DNA of 5,329 bases from a virus, in the IMG/VR virus record IMGVR_UViG_3300007085_000008, one strand, 5' to 3'. Position 1 is the stretch's first letter. The number at the start of each line of letters is the position of its first letter. The notes under the pieces are model-generated. The model searched no databases and was not told the origin of the DNA. It saw nothing but the letters and a program-made list of their open reading frames with translations. Positions 1-4,765 of this stretch are shown one piece after another. The position numbers and the translations under genes are program-made.

Positions 1-176
1 AATATTATGACCGGAAAATGGAGGCACTTAATCCTGAACTCATGGCCCAAATAAAGGAACGTCGCAAACAAAAGGCTTTGCTCCGCAAAGAAGACAACAC
101 GTATGAACGTTTACGTATCCGCGAAGAAATAAAACTCGCCCAAACTTCACTACTGAAAAGAGAACTCCATGATTAA
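1..176 (+). CDS. VP4: VP4 replication initiator, C-terminal fragment (redundant copy of 4590-4765; 5' end lies outside the window)
   Basis: Reading from position 3 gives YYDRKMEALNPELMAQIKERRKQKALLRKEDNTYERLRIREEIKLAQTSLLKRELHD followed by a stop at 174-176, identical to the C-terminus of the 3836-4765 ORF. Confidence 0.9.
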   Translation, partial: YYDRKMEALNPELMAQIKERRKQKALLRKEDNTYERLRIREEIKLAQTSLLKRELHD

Positions 177-471
177 TAAAATGTACTCCATCCTCGATAC
201 CCGCGCTGGTATCTGGACTTTCCCTTTCGCTCAACCTGCGGACTCTGTCGCCGTTCGTGTATTCGAAGGCGTCGTTATGGACCGCAACACTATCATTGGA
301 CAATCACCGCAGGACTTCGACCTGTATTACATGGGCACTTTCGAAGACGAGGACACTCCCACTTTCACTATTATCGAACCGCAATTCATCATCGCTGGAA
401 CCAAACTGAAACAACAACTTCTCGCAAAAGAGGCTGCTGATCATGAAATCAGTAATGGCGCATCAATTTAG
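169..471 (+). CDS. VP5: VP5/ORF5-type small non-structural protein of gokushoviruses (100 aa; proposed analogue of phiX174 protein C)
   Basis: ATG 169 overlaps the VP4 stop (ATGATTAA). The pattern Y-x-I-x-D-x-R/K-A...PF...A-x-R-x-F...P-x-D-F-x-L-Y-x-x-G-x-F-D/E-D...P matches my memory of gokushovirus ORF5 proteins. The position between VP4 and VP1 is canonical. An alternative start is ATG 181 (MYSILD). Confidence 0.8.
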   Translation: MINKMYSILDTRAGIWTFPFAQPADSVAVRVFEGVVMDRNTIIGQSPQDFDLYYMGTFEDEDTPTFTIIEPQFIIAGTKLKQQLLAKEAADHEISNGASI

Positions 472-2017
472 TCGAATTCCAAAAGCGGATATTCCGCGTT
501 CTTCCTTTGACCGTTCGCACGGTCATAAAACAACCTTCGACGCTGGTTATCTCATCCCAATTTTCTGTGATGAGGCACTACCCGGCGATACTTTCCAACT
601 CAATATGTCGGCTTTTGCCCGACTCGCTACACCCATCTTTCCGCTCATGGACAACATGTTCATGGACACCCAGTTCTTCTCCGTTCCGGTGCGCCTGGTC
701 TGGGACAACTGGCAAAAATTCAACGGCGAACAAAAAAACCCTGGGGATTCGACCGACTTCCTAATTCCGCAAATCGTTTCGCCAGCCGGTGGCTGGCTGG
801 AGGGCTCGCTTGAGGACTACATGGGACTCCCTACAAAGATCGCCGGACTATCCGTATCCGCCCTCTGGCATCGAGCCTACAACCTCATCTACAACGAGTG
901 GTACCGCGACGAGAACATGCAAAACTCCCTCTCCATCAGTACTGGAGACGGCCCTGACAACGCAAACGCGTACATCCTCCAACGCCGGGGCAAACGCCAC
1001 GATTACTTCACCAGCTGCCTCCCATGGCCTCAGAAAGGCCCGGGAGTCTCTATCCCGTTGGGAAGCACGGCGCCGGTCGTGTCAAACGCCGGGGGTATCA
1101 TCGCGTACAACATCGGAACCTCAACCCCATCCAGACAACTCACGCTCAACGCGGGTAACGTTGTTGGTTACTCTGGCACCGCTGGTACTGGCCTCGGTAT
1201 GTCTTATGGTCCTGCTGGTACTACTACGACAGGTCTTTATGCCGACTTAACCAACGCAGCAGCGGCAACGATCAACTCACTTCGCCAAGCCTTCCAAATT
1301 CAAAAAATCTACGAGCGCGACGCGCGAGGCGGTACTCGTTATACCGAAATCATCCGGTCACACTTTGGTGTGACATCTCCGGATGCGCGTTTACAACGTC
1401 CGGAGTACCTCGGTGGTGGCTCATCTCCAGTCAATATCCAACCAGTACCACAAACTTCTCAAACTGATTCAAACAGTCCTCAAGGTAACTTGGCTGCTTA
1501 TGGGACTGCTGGCTTTACTGGCCACGGTTTCTCTGCCTCTTTTACCGAACACTGCATCATTATCGGCATTGTTTCCGTCCGAGCAGACCTCAACTATCAA
1601 CAAGGCCTCAATCGCATGTGGTCCAGGAGAACTCGTTTCGACTTCTACTTGCCCGCTCTTTCTCACATCGGCGAACAGGCCGTGCTGCAAAAGGAAATCT
1701 TTTGCGATGGCATATCCGCTAACGACAACAAAGTCTTTGGCTATCAGGAACGCTTTGCCGAATACCGCTACAAACCCAGTCAAATCACCGGACTATTCCG
1801 CTCTACCGCAACTGCACCGTTAGATGCATGGCATCTGGCTCAAAAGTTCACCACTGCTCCTGTACTCAACGCGGCCTTCATCGAGGAAAACCCTCCTGTC
1901 GACCGTGTCATCGCTGTACAAACTGAGCCGCACTATCTGTTCGACTCTTATTTTAAACTCCGCTGCACCCGGCCTATGCCGGTCTACGGCGTGCCGGGTC
2001 TTATCGACCACTTCTGA
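443..2017 (+). CDS. VP1: VP1 major capsid protein (microvirus F-type jelly-roll capsid, gokushovirus form), 524 aa
   Basis: ATG 443 is preceded by GAGG at 430-433. Conserved gokushovirus VP1 blocks are present: RSSFDRSHGHKTTFDAGYLIPI, DEALPGDTF, YNLIYNEWYRDENMQ, RHDYFTSCLPWPQKG, LRQAFQIQKIYERDARGGTRYTEIIRSHFGV and RLQRPEYLGGG. It is the largest ORF in the genome. Confidence 0.97.
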   Translation: MKSVMAHQFSRIPKADIPRSSFDRSHGHKTTFDAGYLIPIFCDEALPGDTFQLNMSAFARLATPIFPLMDNMFMDTQFFSVPVRLVWDNWQKFNGEQKNPGDSTDFLIPQIVSPAGGWLEGSLEDYMGLPTKIAGLSVSALWHRAYNLIYNEWYRDENMQNSLSISTGDGPDNANAYILQRRGKRHDYFTSCLPWPQKGPGVSIPLGSTAPVVSNAGGIIAYNIGTSTPSRQLTLNAGNVVGYSGTAGTGLGMSYGPAGTTTTGLYADLTNAAAATINSLRQAFQIQKIYERDARGGTRYTEIIRSHFGVTSPDARLQRPEYLGGGSSPVNIQPVPQTSQTDSNSPQGNLAAYGTAGFTGHGFSASFTEHCIIIGIVSVRADLNYQQGLNRMWSRRTRFDFYLPALSHIGEQAVLQKEIFCDGISANDNKVFGYQERFAEYRYKPSQITGLFRSTATAPLDAWHLAQKFTTAPVLNAAFIEENPPVDRVIAVQTEPHYLFDSYFKLRCTRPMPVYGVPGLIDHF

Positions 2018-2025
2018 GGTGCCTC

Positions 2026-3021
2026 ATGGGACTTCTATCCAGCGTCGGCAAGGTCTTCAAATCCGTCGCTCCCGCTCTCGGTACCGCCGTCGGTACCTTC
2101 TTCGGCGGCCCCGTCGGGGGAGCTGCTGGAGGCATGCTCGGCTCCGCGATCGGCGGCAAATCCAACCAAAACGCAGACGGCTCTACTGACTGGCTCGGCA
2201 TGCTCGGCAACATGGGCTCGTCCGCGTTGTCTGCATGGACTTCTAACCAGCAGCTCAAGCAATTCGGCGACTACAACAACCTCCCTAGCTTCGACCAGCA
2301 AATGGCGATGCAACTGGCGGGCATTCAAGCCCAAAACGCCTCGGCCAAGGAACTCGCCGATAAAGCAAACCAATTCAGCCAGGCTAACGCACGCGAACAA
2401 ATGGAGTTCCAGCGTGTCATGTCTGCACAGGCCCACCAACGTGAAGTACTCGACCTCAAAGCCTCCGGGCTTAACCCCATCCTCTCCGGAACCGGCGGTA
2501 TGGGTGCCGCCACCGGAGCAGGGGCGCAAGGCTCCGTCACCACCGCACCCGTACAAAACGAAGGCGCCGCGGTATCCTCAGCCTTCGATGCCTTCAGATC
2601 TATGGCGGAAGCCATGAAGGCCAACGCCGCCACGACCTTCATGTCGGGCGCACAAACCGCTCTTACCACTTCTCAAACTGAGAACACTCAAGCGCAAACA
2701 TCGCTCGCTTACTCGGCGGAAGCCGTTAATAAAACTCGAGCTCGCTTGAATCAAGATCAATCACTCAAAATCGCTACTGAAATTCAAAACCTTAAAGCAC
2801 TACGTGAAAACATCCCAAAAACTGGCCAACTTACTGATGCCCAAACATCACAAGTACAACAAACGGCCAAAAACCTTAAACAAGTCTTCAGAGACTTAAA
2901 AGTTAAAGGAGATATCTCCGAACAGGATCAAGCTTACTGGAACGGTCTATTAGACCAATCCGGAGGTTCTGCCTCCGGAACTCTCCAACTCCTTAACTCA
3001 CTGCGTCAGCTACTTAAATAA
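2026..3021 (+). CDS. VP2: VP2 minor capsid / DNA pilot protein (331 aa)
   Basis: ATG 2026 lies 6 nt after a GAGG (2016-2019) that overlaps the VP1 stop. The N-terminus is Gly/Ala-rich and hydrophobic (MGLLSSVGKVFKSVAPALGTAVGTFFGGPVGGAAGGMLGSAIGG). The block EFQRVMSAQAHQREVLDLKASGLNPILSG (nt 2401-2490) is typical of gokushovirus VP2. The position immediately after VP1 is canonical. Confidence 0.9.
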   Translation: MGLLSSVGKVFKSVAPALGTAVGTFFGGPVGGAAGGMLGSAIGGKSNQNADGSTDWLGMLGNMGSSALSAWTSNQQLKQFGDYNNLPSFDQQMAMQLAGIQAQNASAKELADKANQFSQANAREQMEFQRVMSAQAHQREVLDLKASGLNPILSGTGGMGAATGAGAQGSVTTAPVQNEGAAVSSAFDAFRSMAEAMKANAATTFMSGAQTALTTSQTENTQAQTSLAYSAEAVNKTRARLNQDQSLKIATEIQNLKALRENIPKTGQLTDAQTSQVQQTAKNLKQVFRDLKVKGDISEQDQAYWNGLLDQSGGSASGTLQLLNSLRQLLK

Positions 3022-3030
3022 ACTATCGCG

Positions 3031-3065
3031 CTCCTGGTGCCGGAAATCCTTTCCGGTGCCAGGAG
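3031..3065 (+). repeat. Inverted repeat forming a 16-bp hairpin with a 3-nt loop in the VP2-VP3 spacer; function unknown
   Basis: CTCCTGGTGCCGGAAA (3031-3046), loop TCC, TTTCCGGTGCCAGGAG (3050-3065). There are 14 Watson-Crick pairs plus two adjacent central T:G / G:T pairs, which are G:U wobbles in + sense RNA. No T-tract follows. Confidence 0.85.
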
Positions 3066-3085
3066 GGCGAAACGAGGCCTTAATC

Positions 3086-3556
3086 ATGTCCATCAATCTC
3101 GAAAACCGCACTCCACTCACCAAATCAAAACTATTCGCGTCCGCTTATTCTCAAAAACATGTCATCGACATGGTCTTTCCTGCGGACTCCGAATTCACTG
3201 ACCAATCCTTCAAAGAAGAGTGCGACATCAACACAATCATGGCTCGTTACCAATCCACCGGCGAACTGCCGGTGCTCAACTCCCAGGAAGGCCAATGGCT
3301 CGACGTCACCGAAATGGATTTTCAACGCCATATGGACTTCATCATCGAGGCTCAAGGCATGTTCGACCAACTGCCTTCTCACATCCGCGATCGCTTCGGC
3401 AACGATCCCGGCGCCTTCCTCGGCTTTGCCTCGGATGAGGCAAATGCTGTCGAAATTGCCAAAATGGGCCTCCTCACTCCAGAGGCCACAGACGCTCTCC
3501 TGTACCCAAAACCTGCCGAAGCTCCATCTTCGGCTCCAAAGCCTCCTGAGGCTTAA
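3086..3556 (+). CDS. VP3: VP3 internal scaffolding protein (156 aa from ATG 3086)
   Basis: FTDQSFKEECDINTIMARYQSTG ... QLPSHIRDRFGNDPGAFLGF ... IAKMGLL matches the conserved core of gokushovirus and Chlamydia-phage scaffold proteins. ATG 3086 has GAGG at 3074-3077 with an 8-nt spacing. The ORF-track start at 3056 is a GTG buried in the hairpin stem and is less likely. Confidence 0.9.
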   Translation: MSINLENRTPLTKSKLFASAYSQKHVIDMVFPADSEFTDQSFKEECDINTIMARYQSTGELPVLNSQEGQWLDVTEMDFQRHMDFIIEAQGMFDQLPSHIRDRFGNDPGAFLGFASDEANAVEIAKMGLLTPEATDALLYPKPAEAPSSAPKPPEA

Positions 3557-3715
3557 AACGCGGGCTTTTAGCTCTCTTTCCGCGTCGACTCGGTATGTTC
3601 TACTTGTTCTCAACATACCACGTGACACCAAAGGGCTCTTGCCCTTAAAATCCTCGACTACAATGTAAGTCGTACTGTCACAACTCATTCCAACCGCTCT
3701 TAAAGGAAAACCCTC
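3557..3715 (+). promoter_or_regulatory. Main non-coding region (159 nt) with at least four stem-loops; candidate site for complementary-strand priming, origin or transcription signals
   Basis: No ORF with family resemblance. Stems: ACGCGG 3558-3563 / CCGCGT 3580-3585; GGTATGTT 3592-3599 / AACATACC 3612-3619 (12-nt loop CTACTTGTTCTC); AAGGGC 3631-3636 / GCCCTT 3641-3646 (loop TCTT); CGACT 3655-3659 / AGTCG 3668-3672. A -10-like TACAAT lies at 3659-3664. The functional assignment is inference only. Confidence 0.5.
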
Positions 3716-3832
3716 ATGAAACGTCACTCAGTCTCCAAGGGAAAATCCCGCAAGCTCTTTAGCAAAACTGCCAGTCGGACTCATAAAAAAAATATCCAAC
3801 CGCCTCCTATGCGCGGCGGCTTCAGGATCTAA
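3716..3832 (+). CDS. ORF8: Small highly basic DNA-binding/packaging peptide (38 aa), ORF8 / phiX174 J-like
   Basis: Hand translation: MKRHSVSKGKSRKLFSKTASRTHKKNIQPPPMRGGFRI, then TAA at 3830-3832. It has 12 K/R, 2 H and no D/E. AGGA at 3704-3707 lies 8 nt before the ATG, and an in-frame stop lies at 3701-3703. The motif SRKxF...THxKN...MRGGxR[IL] at the C-terminus and the position between VP3 and VP4 are typical of gokushovirus ORF8. Confidence 0.8.
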   Translation: MKRHSVSKGKSRKLFSKTASRTHKKNIQPPPMRGGFRI

Positions 3833-3835
3833 ATC

Positions 3836-4765
3836 GTGTCCTGCTACCACCCCGTGACCGTCTGGCGGTCACGCGAAATCAACCAAGGGTCTGGAAAACG
3901 GCCCTTGGTCTTCTCTGCTGCAAAAGGCCAACTTGGCTCACAAATGCAGATACCGTGCAATCAATGCATAGGCTGTCGTCTCGATAGAGCGCGCTCCTGG
4001 TCAATCCGACTCATGCACGAACGCACACAACACGAACTCTGCTGTTTCCTTACACTCACTTACAACGACCACTACTTACCTAAGGACAGGTCCTTAGTTA
4101 AACGCGACTTTCAGTTATTCATGAAACGTCTGCGCAAATACCATCACTACAACAATCCCGATGCACCGCTTATCAAGTACTACATGTGTGGCGAATACGG
4201 CGGTAATACCGACCGTCCGCACTACCACGCAATTGTATTCGGCCTAGACTTCGCCGATAAAAAACGTCATTCGGAATCAAAAAAAGGTCACACGCTATAC
4301 CGCTCCGACAAACTCAACGAACTATGGGGGCTCGGCCACTGCTGGATCGGCAATGTTACCCATCAATCTGCCGGTTATGTCGCTCGCTACTGCCTCAAAA
4401 AAGTTACCGGAGACGCAGCCATTGACCACTACAAAAGAGTTAATACTCAAACCGGGGAAATATTCCAAGTTCTCCCCGAATATATGGCTGCAAGTCAGGG
4501 ACTCGGACTCTCACACTTCGAAGAACATCACGCACAAATGTACTTACGTGATTCTGTTATTGTTAACGGAAAAGAAGCACCCGTCCCAAAATATTATGAC
4601 CGGAAAATGGAGGCACTTAATCCTGAACTCATGGCCCAAATAAAGGAACGTCGCAAACAAAAGGCTTTGCTCCGCAAAGAAGACAACACGTATGAACGTT
4701 TACGTATCCGCGAAGAAATAAAACTCGCCCAAACTTCACTACTGAAAAGAGAACTCCATGATTAA
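3836..4765 (+). CDS. VP4: VP4 rolling-circle replication initiator (HUH endonuclease superfamily, phiX174 A-like), 309 aa, GTG start
   Basis: Motif I is CCFLTLTY. The HUH motif is RPHYHAIVF (HYH at nt 4220-4228). The two-tyrosine motif AGYVARYCLKK (Y at 4376-4378 and a second Y four residues on) resembles phiX174 A YVAKYVNK. A Cys cluster PCNQCIGCRL is present. The N-terminus MSCYHP fits the M-x-C-x-x-P start common in gokushovirus VP4. AGGA at 3824-3827 lies 8 nt before GTG 3836. The first in-frame ATG is 36 codons downstream and would remove the conserved N-terminus. Confidence 0.93.
   Translation: MSCYHPVTVWRSREINQGSGKRPLVFSAAKGQLGSQMQIPCNQCIGCRLDRARSWSIRLMHERTQHELCCFLTLTYNDHYLPKDRSLVKRDFQLFMKRLRKYHHYNNPDAPLIKYYMCGEYGGNTDRPHYHAIVFGLDFADKKRHSESKKGHTLYRSDKLNELWGLGHCWIGNVTHQSAGYVARYCLKKVTGDAAIDHYKRVNTQTGEIFQVLPEYMAASQGLGLSHFEEHHAQMYLRDSVIVNGKEAPVPKYYDRKMEALNPELMAQIKERRKQKALLRKEDNTYERLRIREEIKLAQTSLLKRELHD

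Larger units (their letters stand above)
1..740. repeat. Left copy of an exact 740-nt terminal redundancy (same as 4590-5329); wrap-around of a circular genome
   Basis: Block-by-block comparison of 1-740 with 4590-5329 found no differences. ORF-track pairs 40-303/4629-4892 and 169-471/4758-5060 have identical proteins at an offset of 4589. Confidence 0.95.
1..4589 (+). mobile_element. One full unit (4589 nt) of a circular gokushovirus-like Microviridae ssDNA phage genome, arbitrarily linearised inside VP4
   Basis: Six co-oriented genes in the canonical gokushovirus order VP4-VP5-VP1-VP2-VP3-ORF8. The sequence from 4590 onward repeats 1-740 exactly, giving a period of 4589 nt. No cellular genes are present. 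Confidence 0.9.

Noticed and set aside
40-303. 87-aa minus-strand ORF (also at 4629-4892)
   Set aside because: It is antisense to the well-supported VP4 end and VP5. It has no family resemblance, and Microviridae transcribe one strand only. It appears twice only because of the redundancy.
1-740. The 740-nt direct repeat at both window ends, considered as a biological terminal repeat (LTR, IS ends or phage DTR)
   Set aside because: The repeat boundaries coincide with the window edges and cut through the VP4 and VP1 coding sequences. The spacing equals exactly one gene set. Microviridae genomes are circular ssDNA without terminal repeats. It is therefore a wrap-around or concatemer artefact of linearisation.
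507-764. Other alternative-frame + strand ORFs (507-764, 2414-2617, 3159-3668, 3220-3438, 4353-4643)
   Set aside because: They are embedded in frames overlapping strongly supported genes. Their products are low-complexity Ser/Pro/Arg/Thr-rich, and there are no ribosome-binding sites or recognisable domains.
1469-2011. Minus-strand ORFs 1469-1783 and 1820-2011
   Set aside because: They are antisense to the conserved C-terminal part of VP1. They have no motifs, and they run against the single-strand coding rule of the family.
1824-2189. 121-aa + strand ORF with an extremely Arg-rich tail (RRSRSRYRRRYLLRRPRRG...) spanning the VP1/VP2 junction, considered as a second basic DNA-binding protein
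   Set aside because: The Arg run is the frame-shifted reading of the GGC/GCC/GTC-rich Gly-Ala segment of VP2. There is no SD before ATG 1824. The genome already has the canonical basic peptide at 3716-3832.
2001-2760. Cluster of minus-strand ORFs (2001-2258, 2035-2556, 2325-2669, 2578-2760)
   Set aside because: All are antisense to VP2. Their Gly/Ala/Pro/Ser-rich low-complexity products mirror the GC-rich Gly/Ala codons of VP2 and overlap one another in different frames.
3056-3085. GTG 3056 as the VP3 start (the ORF-track call, 166 aa)
   Set aside because: The GTG lies inside the 3' arm of the 16-bp hairpin and has no SD upstream. ATG 3086 has GAGG at the correct spacing, and the extra residues MPGGRNEALI are not part of the conserved scaffold core.
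3595-3648. 17-codon mini-ORF (MFYLFSTYHVTPKGSCP) inside the non-coding spacer
   Set aside because: It has no SD. It starts inside one hairpin stem and ends just past a second, and it is too short to evaluate. The region is better explained as structured DNA or RNA.
3631-3650. Stem-loops at 3031-3065, 3558-3585 and 3631-3646 as rho-independent terminators
   Set aside because: None is followed by a T-tract on the + strand (3647-3650 is AAAA, and 3066 onward is GGCGAAAC). The intrinsic terminator model is not supported, although other roles remain possible.
3639-3664. Sigma-70-type promoter: TTGCCC (3639-3644) with TACAAT (3659-3664)
   Set aside because: The -10 hexamer is good, but the spacer is only 14 nt, and no better -35 lies at 16-18 nt. 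I mention it inside the spacer feature and do not call it a promoter.
3557-3715. XerCD dif-like or att site that would indicate a lysogenic, dif-integrating gokushovirus
   Set aside because: I looked for the GGTGCGCATAA-N6-TTATGTTAAAT type motif in the spacers and at the repeat junction and recognised nothing similar. No integrase is present, and no host flank is visible. The check was by eye only, so a motif search is still warranted.
3131-3727. 198-aa minus-strand ORF, the longest antisense ORF
   Set aside because: It lies entirely antisense to conserved VP3 and the non-coding spacer. It has no recognisable motifs, and there are no co-oriented partners. It is most likely a shadow ORF.
3785-3792. 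A8 homopolymer inside ORF8 (and the A7 runs at 732-738 and 4279-4285) as a programmed slippage site
   Set aside because: The runs encode Lys-Lys-Asn in a basic peptide, which is expected. ORF8 and VP4 are already in the same frame, so a shift would not create a meaningful fusion. The shifted frames give no recognisable product.
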